A stretch of DNA of 63,997 nt, filler included, from Aduncisulcus paluster (Eukaryota): NCBI GenBank assembly GCA_024181965.1. It is 6 parts of 6 records of this genome, joined end to end, with 100 filler letters (N's around TTAATTAATTAA, not from the genome) between each part and the next. Parts side by side here need not be neighbours in the genome. Positions count along the whole stretch, not along the records: positions 7,923 to 20,098 come from BQXS01010966.1; positions 20,199 to 26,040 come from BQXS01010967.1; 4 more parts are not named here. The stretch is one strand, 5' to 3'. The first letter of the stretch is position 1; each line of letters opens with the position of its first letter. This document shows, in pieces, positions 10,901 through 22,791 of this stretch. The position numbers and the translations under genes are program-made. Below the pieces are notes generated by a model. That model was not told where the DNA came from, made no database searches, and saw only the letters and a program-made list of their open reading frames with translations.

Positions 10901-13900
10901 GATATCTGTCGAAGAGTTTCCGATATGGAGAAATATGGGCTGGTTGTTGGTGATGCTGTCTGGATAAATTATTATGGCGATGAGCTAGGTTCATTCCTAA
11001 ATCCCAGAAAAGATCTTGGCAAGCTCCAACCTTTCTTGCTTCGTCATATTCCGATGGTATTCTCATTCCTTCATTCATTTTTATTGGCAAGCCCCCACCC
11101 TTCTTCATCCATCATAAAATCTATTCTCAAGGCTATAAAGGGAGTGTATCCATTATTAGAACATCGGTGTCGGTATGATTTCTCGAACAAGATATTGTCA
11201 CCGATATCAAACATGTACGATAGAGTATTTTTGGCGAAACTATCCCGTGAGAATGATGCGTTCGTTGGTGATTTGCCTTACCGTGTTCTTGTCAATACGA
11301 TGTTTGGTAGGTTATATGCTCGTCTCTTGTCAGGAAGATGCACTGGGTGTGGTGGATTCCACTGTCTGAACAATGGCACAGGCGATCGGGTGAAATCGGC
11401 TATTCTGGATCAAACCGCTACTGACAAGGCCTTGAAACCCATCACTGACATGCTTTCTGGTGGTAGCAATGCCCTTGATGAAGGAGAAGATGAAGATGAA
11501 AAGAAATTCGATCAAAAGGGGAAGCGAGTTATCTTAGCCAAATCATGTCCTGACCTCATTCCGCCAGTGTTCCCACACAAGTCATTGACCCTGAAGGCTG
11601 CCTATAATCTATTGCATGCTATGATAATGACTGATGAAGTATCTCAGATAAAAAAGAAGAAAGTGAGTCGCAATGATCCTTTCTATTCCAAATTCTTTTA
11701 CAGAATTGAACATTCATTCGATGACCGAGAGCATGATTTTGAAGGTTTTGATGAGTATATTGAAAAGAGAGGTGAGTTATACAATGAGCTAGAAGAGATG
11801 AGAGAGTTCAAAAAAGAAGAAAAGGAATGTAAACAAAGAATACAAGAAAACAAGGGAGAAGAGCTTCATAGGGAACAAGAAGATGTGAGAATTCTTACCG
11901 CTTGTGAACCTTCTTCAAGCTGTGAAACGCAACAACACCCAACGAGTAATCATATCCCGATTCTTTCAACTCCCTATGCCTGGAGAGTCTTTGGTCCATA
12001 TGCGATNNNNNNNNNNNNNNNNNNNNTAAACAAAGAATACAAGAAAACAAGGGAGAAGAGCTTCATAGGGAACAAGAAGATGTGAGAATTCTTACCGCTT
12101 GTGAACCTTCTTCAAGCTGTGAAACGCAACAACACCCAACGAGTAATCATATCCCGATTCTTTCAACTCCCTATGCCTGGAGAGTCTTTGGTCCATATGC
12201 GATGGAAATGCTTGCTAATTATGGCATTAAATCAGTTCAATCTCCTTCCGAATACAATTCTGTCACTTCCAAAGCGGGTAAGAGTTCCGCTTCACAAGAA
12301 GACCCACAGACTGACGTGGAATCTACTCCCAGTTCTGATGATAAACTATGGAAGCATTATTGTGAGAGAATTCCCAAGGCTGATCAGTCCCGTGGTTTGC
12401 CTTCACTTGATGATGCTAGTAGTTCACTAAGTAATAGGAGTAGTCATCATCATTCATCAGCTTCATCGCCTGATCTGTATGATCTTGAGAATATCCTATC
12501 CAAGACAAGTATTTTGTTGCTCTCAAGTGATGATGCATTCGTATCTATGGTTTCTGTATTAAGTTTGAGAATATTATATGACCTTGATAATCCTGAACGT
12601 ACTCGTCCTCCTTGCAGAGAGCTACAGTCCGTGTTATCTCCACACGATGGTGACTTTTCTTTCTCTGCTGTTAACAAGATACCAGAGCCTCCTAGATTGG
12701 ACTTTATTGTTCCATTTTTACCGCTCTTGCTTCACCATTTCATCCGCGCCAAGAAATGGAATGGTATTGAAGCCGTTCTTGAGATGTGGTTAGGATTTGA
12801 GAGGATGGAAGAAAGACCTTCTATGGAGAAAACTGTAGATTGGCATGATGATGTAATTCACAGGATCCATACAAACAGTGTCAAACGTGCAAGAAACCAA
12901 ATACAACGATTCGTGTCTCCCTTTGCTTCAAGACCTTCTCTCCCGTTTGGCCATTCGATGCCTGAATTCCATTCTCTTCCTCCCATCTTTATCAACAATA
13001 ATCCCCTTGATGGATCATCTGTCTTGTTCGATGGGACCACCATTGATCCATCGGCTTCATTTGTCCTTCACCCACTCAAAGAGGCCCCAAAAGTATCTAG
13101 TAATGAAGTGTGGCATGATTTGGTCAGGCAATCTATGTCTACTCACTCTCCTTCGCAACAGACCAAGGTTCCTAACCTGTCCTCCAATGATATCGTCACT
13201 TTAGCTCTGTTTGGAGGGGATGGAATGATGAACATGATGAAGAAACACGATATGATCACAGATACAATGAGCAAGACAACAAAACATGGGTCTGATGGGA
13301 AGTATTTGTCTCAAAAAAACCATGAACAAATATTCAATCACCATCGTCTCTTCTTCTCTCCTTCCTCTTACTCTTTGATACTGCCTCCCCTTGCTCTCTC
13401 TCCTTCTCTGCAGACAAGGAGAGTTCTTACTCTTTGGATGAGAGCAAGGTCTGTGCTTGGCTTCTTGCAGGGACCTAGCAGTGGGAAAGTGTCGAATAGC
13501 CTTGTAAAAGCGGATAAAGTCACTGATCTGACAGATCCAGCGTGCAGGAATGCTATTCAGGAAGTTTTTATGCTAATATCTGAACTCCCTCCTTCTGCCC
13601 TTCATTCTGTGCTCTGTGAGAGACCCCAACTGGCTCAATTGCTGAGTTCTGTTCCTGATGGATCTCCTCAAAGCATGATGCAATTCCTTAAGGGATTATC
13701 ACCGAGAGCTCTGGCTGAAATGGCACGTGGATTGGAAACCATCGGCAAGGACATTACACTCGAACAACGACTGGTGGAGTATCTATCTCTTCGGGAAAAG
13801 TACGAACATTCCAGCAATCCTTCATTGTTGGTTGATTCTGAGGATGAGAATAAGTCTTCTAAGAAACGTAAGAAAGGGAAGAGTAACAATACAAAACACT

Positions 13901-16900
13901 CCAAGTCACCACAAGGTAGTCCCAAAGATATTAGTTCCAATCCAGCTTCACCTCCACCTTTACCTTTACCTTCACCTAAACCCCCTAAAGGTAGTGTAAA
14001 TGAACGTGATTTATATGAGATTCTGCAACAAATGTATCCCACTCCTTCTCCACTGACGTGTCCTGAAGATGAGGAAGCCATAAGGACCATTGCTTCAACA
14101 GCTAACCTTCCCCTCTCCTCGCTCTCACTTCTCTCTGTGAGTGTGTCACTACTCAACGGTGCTTTCTTCTGGCCAGAGTGGGTCGAAGAACAAGGGAGAA
14201 ACGTTGGACTCGGTATTAATTGGGAAGAGGAAAAGCGTAAACGTTTGAAGAAGCGGAAGAAAGAGGAGAAGAAAAGAAGGAAGGAAATGGAAAGAATGAT
14301 TATGCAACAAAGTGAGAGTGAAGAGAAGAAAATGATGGTTGCGAAATCCAGTGAAAAAGAAGAAGGAGAAGAAGAAGAGGGGAAAGATGCTGAATTTCCC
14401 AATATGACAGTCCACAAGGCTCTTCCATGTGTTCCTAGTTTTGTTTCTGGCTTGAATATGCCAAGCTTTAGTGTCATTAACGGAGAGATTGATAAAGAGA
14501 AATTCATGAAGGAGCAAGCAAGAGTCATTGTCGTAAAGGATATGATCAACGGAACACTCCAAGATAGATATAAGAGAGGTCAGACCAGACGTGGAGAAAT
14601 CTACCTTTCCTCTTCTGACTCTGAGTCTTCCTCTGATGCCTCTTCTTCAAAATCTATTGTTCGTTATCCTCATCAATCTTCAATTCCCGCAAGAACATAC
14701 CTTAGTGGTTCCGGAATGATTGAAGCCTTAGTTCCTTCATCTCCCGCCCAATCCCTTGCATTCACTCCTACGGCTCCATTCCTTCAGTTCTCCCTTCTGT
14801 TCCCATTCCTCCCAGAGTCAGCAGCTCATCATTTGTTCTCTCCCTTGTTCAAGCTGTATAGTGAACCTGCAGGTCCCACGGCGCTGCACCAGGACTTTAG
14901 AGGCGCTCACATTGAAAGGTTTAACGATTATCAAGCTAAACAGGCTGTCTGGTGGGAAGAAACAGGAAAGGCTTCCCTTGAGAAGGTTTGGAGGAAAGAA
15001 ATGGAGGAGAAGAAGAAATGGGAGGGGAAAATGAAAGGAATGTGTGGTAATGCGAAGTTGTTGCCAATGCCTTGTCTCCTTCGACCCCTTTCTCACCATT
15101 TCAAGGAATTCCCTGCTACCTTCTCTCTTGCCTTTAAGCCGTGGGATGGTGTGACTCCCCCATCCCTCCTGAGTTATTCTGATCGTAGTGAAGTTCCAAG
15201 ATTCGACAGCAATGAAATCCCTCTTCTCTCTTCAGATAGAATTGCCAAGACATATGCCTTCCCTTCATCTCTGACTGTGATTATTATGCATACATTTGTC
15301 ACTATTCTGACTAAAGAATTGATGGATTGTGTTGCACTGAATGAGTTTAGGAGATTAGAAATCGACGATAATATATCAATTGTGTCTGGTTCTGACTCAA
15401 CGGTATATCAAGATACCCCCAATCAGAGTCCTACTGATGGTGCATCTATATGTGCTGATCAACAACATTCCTGTCCCAAATCTGAGAAAGAAGAGAGAGA
15501 TGATGCTTGTGAATGTATCTATGAGGTTTGTGGTAATTGTTCTATTACCAATAGAGATGTTGAAATGAATATATTGTCATCTCTCTTATCTCCTTACTCA
15601 CTATCCTCATCTGTTCCTCTCTCAAAGCTCCAAGAGGATATCATTAGACGGGTTAAACATGCAGAGAGCGATGTTTTCTTTGTTATTTTTGACTCTATCA
15701 AACCATTTGCCGTGCATTGGCTGTGTGCTGTGCTGTTTTACCTTGAGAATGAGCAATTACTGCAAGAAGACGATAGACTCAGCAATTGGGAAGGAGGAGA
15801 GAGAGAATCGCAGTCATCATCACATCAACAGAACAATGATACGAGAGATCTTGATACTTCAGTGTCGACTAAACTTGGGCCAGATCAAGATGGAGTGGAT
15901 GTGTATGACGATGATCAGAGAGATGAGGAAGAGGCTGTTATTGATGACCATTCAACGATCTCAAATCCTCAAGAATCTTTTATTCCGACTCCTGCTTCGT
16001 TCGATCCTTCCCCTCTCCTCTTTTCTTTGATGCACTCAAAGAACAAGGATGTCATTCAAAGGTCAAAGATTGGATACTTCTCTCTTGAGATTCTCCAATC
16101 ATTCCTCAGAGAATTGGTTGTTCTATTGGTTCTTCTTGCTTCCAAAGAAGAGATTAGAATTCCAATGTTTTTCTGGATTATTCGTCCGATTCTCATGCGT
16201 CCAGCTCTGGTGCATTTGTTGAGTGATTACAACGGTCAACCACATCTCTTGGGACTGATTAGTCCGTTTCTCAGTGATTCTATAATTAGACCAATCTTAT
16301 TGAGGCATGTTTCACCTTACATTTCCTTATTATACGAGTCCACTGATGAAAGGGATACCATGTCAATGCAATCCATGTTTAAATTGTTGTATTACATGTG
16401 TTCTGAACCTTCCTGTAATGCATCTTCCAATCATTCTTCTCAGAGTCCAAAAATAGATGAGAATATTGAGAATGCTTTCATATTCATTCCTTCCTCTCTC
16501 CTCTCTCCACCTCCGTCAGAAAGATTGTCCTTCAAATTGCGTGAAAATCTCTCTCTACGAAGTAAGTGGAGGGAAATTCTGTCGTATGAATCAAAATCTC
16601 GGACATCTTCCTCCTCTTCGTCTTCTAAAAACTGGATTGAAAGCGAGGAATATGGAACTTTGAAGCCTGTCCCGTGTGATCCGATAGAAGACAAGGCCAT
16701 ATCCAAGTTTGCTACAAAGTATCTTGACAGCTATAGCAGTATTTCTTTCAACTTATGCCAACATATGCCCAAAAACATCAAACAGATTCCCAATATTGTA
16801 AACAACATGGGTGCCATTGTGTTCTCGAGACCCAAACAGAAGGAAGATAAGGAAGAACATGATGGAAAGATGTCTGAATCGCTGAGTGAAGGAGATATAA

Positions 16901-18453
16901 AGAGGATAAAATACTCGAGTTGTTGTCCTTTGCTTGCAGATGAGGAAGAAATTATGGAAGAACTTGAATGTCTTGATATTTCAACATTGAACGGAGTCAA
17001 GTTACCTAAAGTTACTACCAAAAGAAACTTAAGCTCTCTACGTCTATCTTTTCTCTTCAATCATTTATATATTCTAAAATTAGAATTTGAGAAAGAAGCT
17101 GTTCGGATTGAAGAAAATGAATCTGATCGTTTGTTTGAGGAGAATGTTGAGAAAGAGAGGTGTAAACGTAGTGGAGATCAATTGATGGAGACTTGGAGAG
17201 CAAATGTCTCCATGGACAATCCATTAGATTCAACTTCAGTTAATCCTGGAACTACTGGAACTACTGGAGCTGCGAGCAAAACCCTCTCTGGATCTGATAA
17301 TGAGTCAGTTGGTCGAACAGAGTCGTCTGATGTCATTGACGGTGCACAGGAAGAAGGCAAGACCGACATGAAGAAAACGGTTAAGACTTCAGCCTTTTCT
17401 CCCTCTGAACTCCTCCATTACTTATCCTCTTCATTATCTATCCAGTCATATTTCTCAACGATCAGAACGGATGTGAGGGAAGAAATTGCCCATGGATCAC
17501 CATTTATTCATTCTCCAACCCGTGTTGAGCTCTTGTTTGATGTTGTATCAAAATGTGTTGCTGGATGGAAAGAGAAAGAGTGTGTTTCCTTGCCACAGTC
17601 ACGTTCCCCCTCGGAATCAATTTCAAAAGAGACACAGTCGAATCCTCATAAAGAATCCTTGCAAGGTCAAGGCGTTGATGTTCGATGGGAGTTGTTCCTC
17701 TCAATGGTCATGGCCACTGATTCAAGGTATGTTCCCATTCCGCAGAGTGCTTTTATGTGCCTATCTCTCTTCATGATTCGTAAGGGGACAAAGAAAGAGT
17801 GTAAGAGCGTGTGTAGGTGTTTGTCCAATCTATGTGTGAGTTCAAAGATTCGACCTATTATCTGTGATCACGTGTATGGCGCACTCGTGAAGCGGATCTC
17901 TGAGGAGAATAGCCGTGAACGAATCAAGAGACGGAACATCAGTACTTTAATGGAAATGTGGGAGAAGAAGAAAGAGATTATGATGAAGCTTTATGAAGAA
18001 ATGAAAGGAAAGCCCTCTGAAGAAAAGAAGATGGATTCAAGCCATTCAAATTCAGAGATACATCTTCCATGTTTCCCTGCTATTGGATATGATAATCCTT
18101 TCCTCTCTATGGGAGTTTCACTGCTTTTATCTTCATATTTATGTTCCATGTGGACATTTATTCCTCTATTATCAAACCTCTGTTTGATTGATGGAATGAA
18201 GCAGAAAATTGTCAACGATTTGTTCAATGTTTTTCCATATTGGGCTGAAACTATTGCTGATGTCGATGGATGGGACGGAGAGGGTCAAATCATGGAGATG
18301 TTCATGATTTTGATGGTTAACTTGGCATTATGCAAAGATAATCATCCCAAACTTCGGCCGTTACAGGAGATTGTTCTAAAAATAGCTCGGTCTTATAAGA
18401 AACTATCCATAAAGGAGAGGTGTGTATTGTTCCTCAACATGATTGAGGAATAG
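7923..18453 (+). CDS. Giant hypothetical protein (>=3,328 aa, 5'-partial) with a helical/ARM-like C-terminus, split into three track ORFs by gap-flanking duplications
   Basis: ORFs 7935-10334, 10331-12085 and 12082-18453 overlap by duplicated sequence. Removing 327+20 and 177+20 nt leaves 9,987 nt, exactly 3,329 codons, open from the contig edge. The C-terminus has repeated LSNLC/MVNLA-type helical units. Confidence 0.8.
9969..10642. repeat. Gap-flanking duplication (9969-10295 = 10316-10642), assembly overlap artefact
   Basis: 327-nt direct copies on either side of a 20-N gap, with one visible mismatch (gctcgtttcg vs gctcgtgtcg). Confidence 0.9.
11830..12203. repeat. Gap-flanking duplication (11830-12006 = 12027-12203)
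   Basis: 177-nt direct copies on either side of a 20-N gap. Confidence 0.9.
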
Positions 18454-18492
18454 ATTCTCGCTCAGCAGGTGTTCTCAGAAATTGGAATATAT

Positions 18493-18537
18493 TTACATGA
18501 TCAAGCACTCTTTCTTTAATTTCTTTACATCTGAAGA
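18493..18537 (-). pseudogene. Short gene remnant ending SSDVKKLKKECLIM*
   Basis: It has the same KECLIM* terminus as the 18977-19579 ORF and is bounded upstream by an in-frame TAA. Confidence 0.45.
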
Positions 18538-18976
18538 TTACGTATATGCCATATACGATATGGAAAATAAATCAAATAACTAAGTATTCAAGTGATTCTT
18601 TGCTTTTCCCCGACAATTTTTAAAATAAGAATATTCACTCTCTAATTCAAACGAATCCGAAATGTCTTCAGAATGGCAAAAAGCAAAATGATCACGTATC
18701 GGATAGGAGAAACCTCTTGGGAATGAAGGGTAGGAGATGTAACTGTCGAGTGTGAGGATCTACTACGTGACAATCGAGTGGAAGAAGAAGGAGATTCTTT
18801 ATCAAAATGTCTTTCTGAAGCAAGAGATTTAACCTGTTTGAGTTGTAAAGACTCAGAAAATCCAATTATTTAAACATTTAAATGAAATACACCAAGTCCA
18901 CCTTTCAAATTAGATTTGTTTTCTTGGATCTAAACATGAAGAAAAAACAACGAAAGGATCTAAATTCGGATAAAGA

Positions 18977-20098
18977 TCACATTATTAAGCACTCTTTGTT
19001 TGAGTTCTTTGATTTTCCGGTACTGTTTTTTGAATACTTTGAATAATCAATCCACCAACCTCCATTCTCTTTACACCACTCCATATGGGTGTCATATTTA
19101 GGAGACAAGAGAGGAACAAGAGATGGAGAAGTGGATAGCATGGAAATGAGTTGTGACCAGAATTTGATTCCCCAATCATGTTTCATCTTCTTCACTGCTT
19201 CATACCAACCATCTAGAAGATCCTTGATGTTGTCATATATTTCTTGAACATGAGAGGGATCACAACATAGGTTTGAGAAGAAATATAAAACATCATCATA
19301 ATCCTTCTCAACAATCTTATCCCCAGAACACTCTCTCTTCACAACATCAAGAATAGGATGGAAGAATGGCCATGATTCGGAACAGATAGTTTTGTTTGGA
19401 GAATTGTCTTCTGGTGACCAAGTAAGGTTTGCCAATATGATAAACCACTCTTCAAAAATCCAACTATCTCCATATATTCTCATCCAATCTTTGACATATG
19501 GTTTGATGAGGGTGAAGACGGATGATCGAGTGGAAGAAGATTTGGAAGTGGAGATATTTCTGAGGGCATTTAACAACAACTTTGGAACGTTTTGATCAAA
19601 GAATCATGATCAATCAAAACACTCACACTTGTATCCCAACCTTCACCTAATTTGACACTTCGAAGAGAATCATGGTCAACATCTGTCTTCTCTTCCTCTT
19701 CCTTCTTCTCTTCCTCTTCCTCTTCCTCTTCCTCTTCCTCTTCACTTCCTTGAATGATACTCCCAGGATCACCCCCATATTCCTCAAGTTGCATCTCCAC
19801 AATATCATCAATGGATGGACATTCCCACCCTTCTCCAATCTTTGGGAGGAGATGCTTAATCGACTGAACTTTCTCACGAGCAGTGTGAACATCCATACGT
19901 TCTTCAACATCCAATAAAGTCAGACCTTTAAACACTTCATTCAGACAATCATGGACAGGCTTGAACTTGCCATCTTCAATGGTCTTGAGGGTTCTGAAAA
20001 GAGGAGAAGTAAAGAGTTTTGGACCAATTCCCTTTGAAATGAGATCAAGAAGTGCCATAACATATTCTATTGGGGATGTAATCCATTGAAATACTGGC
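18977..20098 (-). pseudogene. 5'-partial, frameshifted member of a kinase-C-lobe-like + acidic linker + helical-repeat family ending in CaaX (CLIM)
   Basis: The frame is open from the contig edge (PVFQWITSPIEYVMALL...LTLLDVEERMDVHTARE, resembling kinase subdomain XI) and stops at 19570. The downstream frame 18977-19579 holds two W-rich helical repeats (KDWMRIYG..WFIILANL and DGWYEAVK..WSQLISML) and ends NKECLIM*. Confidence 0.55.
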
Positions 20099-20198
20099 NN
20101 NNNNNNNNNNNNNNNNNNNNNNNNNNNNNNNNNNNNNNNNNNTTAATTAATTAANNNNNNNNNNNNNNNNNNNNNNNNNNNNNNNNNNNNNNNNNNNN
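20099..20198. other. Artificial contig-joining spacer
   Basis: N-TTAATTAATTAA-N linker. Confidence 0.97.
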
Positions 20199-20731
20199 TA
20201 TAGAATCTTGGATTAGCTTCTCAACTCTAAACTTAAGATCTGCCAATTCGGCTTCGAAAACGTCAAGGAGCTTAGACTTTCTAAATTTTTCATATAACCT
20301 AAGAACGGAACTATATAATTCTGAATCGGCCATTATTTTCTCATCGTCATTGAATTCTTGGAGTTCCTTTAGGAACATTATGCTTTTTTCTTTTGACTCA
20401 AGTTTTTCATAATCAACTTCTTTTACATATAACTTTTCAACCGGAATTGCTTTAGACAGCAAAAGGCAAACTATTTTCCATTGATAGATTTGAATAACAT
20501 AGCTAATTAGAAATTGGCCTTAAAACTTAAAATAAAAATAAAATATAACATACTTCCTTGATCTTGAATATTTTCATGAATACTAAAATCCCAATTATCT
20601 TTTGTTTGTAATAAATCCATCCTTTCTTCACATAAATCGAGTGTCGTTATTAAACCTGTGTCCAGGTCTGGCAATTCCTTTTCTATCTTCTTTATACGTC
20701 GTTTTAAGTATGATAAATCAATATCGGCCAT
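20199..20731 (-). CDS. Hypothetical helical protein, 3'-partial, two exons (20554-20731 and <=20199-20470)
   Basis: ORFs 20507-20731 and 20151-20462 join in frame through a GTATGT..ATAG intron at 20471-20553 (A|TT junction). Confidence 0.6.
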
Positions 20732-20840
20732 GATTCTTTCTATTTAATTTTTGAATTGCGAGAAAAACAAAACAAAAAGAGTGTTTCTTCAAGAAATATG
20801 AAGTTCATAAGTAATCAAATAAGATAGTAATATTATTTGT

Positions 20841-22433
20841 TTATTCTTCTTTTGACTTCTCGAGTTCTATGAGACGAGATAACTGGTGGATCATCTTATA
20901 AAATTCTTCATTTCTCTGACTCCAATCTTCCATAACTTCAGATTCCTTTTTCTCCTCCCTGAACATGACAATTCCTAAAAACATATCCATTTTGCTTCTT
21001 AAAACAACGCTAACATCCTTGGAAGCAAGAACTCTCTCCAACACTTCGTCAGAGACTCCCATAGACTCAGAAACGTGACTAAGTTTCATGAGTCCACATA
21101 TTTTACCAATATTAATCACGTTATACTCCAATAATCTCCTTTCAAGGATTCCCCAGAGTTTGCCATCATCATCATTGACAAGGGGTGAGAAAGATGAGAA
21201 GAATTGATGAGCACTCGATGAACCATAATAAACAGGGAGACATATGATAGATGTGCCCCGTAAGTGTTTAATAAACTGGATAACAATCGGCGGGAGGGCT
21301 TTTTTCCAGGGGCTGACAACAAGAGTATTCTCAAAATCATCAATCCCGATAATATCACAAATTTGCTTGATATAATCTTGCTTATCAGAGTATGACAACA
21401 CAGCGGCACAAATGACAGCGTTGATGAGACTTTCGACGGCAAAAATAGAGGGTAAGGATTCTGGAGAAGGATCAATTGTCTTTAAACCTGGTTTAGGGGG
21501 AGTTGAAAGGAGATTTAACATTCCAATGTATGGGTATTCAGGCCTAGGAATGGAGGAATAGTGACGAGAGAGTAATTCGTGTTCCTTAAGCGTCCTATCG
21601 AACTTAAAATCATAACTGAGAACACTTTGGGTGACTGATTCTTCTTCTTCTTCCTTTTTGGTTGATCCAATGGTTTCTTCTTCCTCCTCCTCCTTGGGTG
21701 ATGATGGTTGCTTTTCAAGGGCTTCAAGAGAGATAAGAGCATTCGCACGTGAAATATGAGCAAGACAAGCTCCCTTAAAATCGTTGTTTATCTGGCATAA
21801 TTCAGCTCTGGCATGGTGTAAAAAGGAGGCAACTAAGGTGACCATGGCTTTATCTTTATCGTCTTTCTTAACTTCAAGTTGAGAATCTTTTAATTTATCA
21901 AGCAAAATACGAGCCCGAATATTATCACCAGCTTTTCGGCACATTTCACATTGGCGAAGGACCAAAAACAACTTTTCAGCCCTAGGGAGATTGGCACTGG
22001 CTTCAGGAGTGGCTTCTCTTGTAATTTTAGCAATGGATTCAATATCCTCATCAAGCAACAATAAAGAATCGGCATATCTAAAAACTAGACGGATATAAGT
22101 GGCATCCAGAAAGATTTGCCCCTTTGTGATCCTACATAATGATTTTAAATAGAGTGAAAGAAGTTCTTTGTCCTTTTGGGAAGATGATTCAGTTATTGTT
22201 GACTCAAATTCATCGACTTTGGGAAGAATAAATTCCACAAGTGCTATCTTTGATCCTTTGCTTTGAGCTCTCTTTTTAGCAAGATTGACAACAATATCAA
22301 CTGCTTCAGTCAAACCATTACGAGAGAAGACAAGCTCACTAATTTTCCGACACAATTTAGCTGATTCGACAGGTTTTCCTCCAAGCCTATTGTGTTTTTC
22401 TTCACGTATAAGAGCTTCAATATCCTTATCCAT
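20841..22433 (-). CDS. RPN5: 26S proteasome lid subunit Rpn5/PSMD12 (PCI domain), divergent
   Basis: EEKHNRLGG, LAKKRAQSK, ITKGQIFLD, LERRLLEYNV and SKMDMFLGIVMF..MEDWS align with the Rpn5 motifs LEKxxR, LSKKxGQLK, VTEGKIFVE, RVIEHNI and AKIDRxxxIVxF..LNxW. Confidence 0.85.
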   Translation of the reverse strand: MDKDIEALIREEKHNRLGGKPVESAKLCRKISELVFSRNGLTEAVDIVVNLAKKRAQSKGSKIALVEFILPKVDEFESTITESSSQKDKELLSLYLKSLCRITKGQIFLDATYIRLVFRYADSLLLLDEDIESIAKITREATPEASANLPRAEKLFLVLRQCEMCRKAGDNIRARILLDKLKDSQLEVKKDDKDKAMVTLVASFLHHARAELCQINNDFKGACLAHISRANALISLEALEKQPSSPKEEEEEETIGSTKKEEEEESVTQSVLSYDFKFDRTLKEHELLSRHYSSIPRPEYPYIGMLNLLSTPPKPGLKTIDPSPESLPSIFAVESLINAVICAAVLSYSDKQDYIKQICDIIGIDDFENTLVVSPWKKALPPIVIQFIKHLRGTSIICLPVYYGSSSAHQFFSSFSPLVNDDDGKLWGILERRLLEYNVINIGKICGLMKLSHVSESMGVSDEVLERVLASKDVSVVLRSKMDMFLGIVMFREEKKESEVMEDWSQRNEEFYKMIHQLSRLIELEKSKEE

Positions 22434-22791
22434 CGTTTTACCTTGTGAGATCGTGACAAAAGTGTCACATCAGGATATCCATTTGAATAAATTGCAGCCT
22501 CAACCGTATTAAATGAAGAATGGATTGGTTTTTCAAATCATATTACGAGCGAATAAAAAAGAAGCCATCTATTATGTTTTGAAATGGTCATTGTTAACTA
22601 GAAAAATCTATCATACCCAATGTTCAGTTTTAGTTTTTTTAGATGGCCATAAAACATTGATATCATATTTAAATTGCAATAATATCTATCAATCATTATC
22701 TAAATCAATAAAATCGGAAGATAATGATAAAACACTCAAAAACTAATCAAACTTATATACATCAAATGATTTTACTTTATAACCAATGGAA

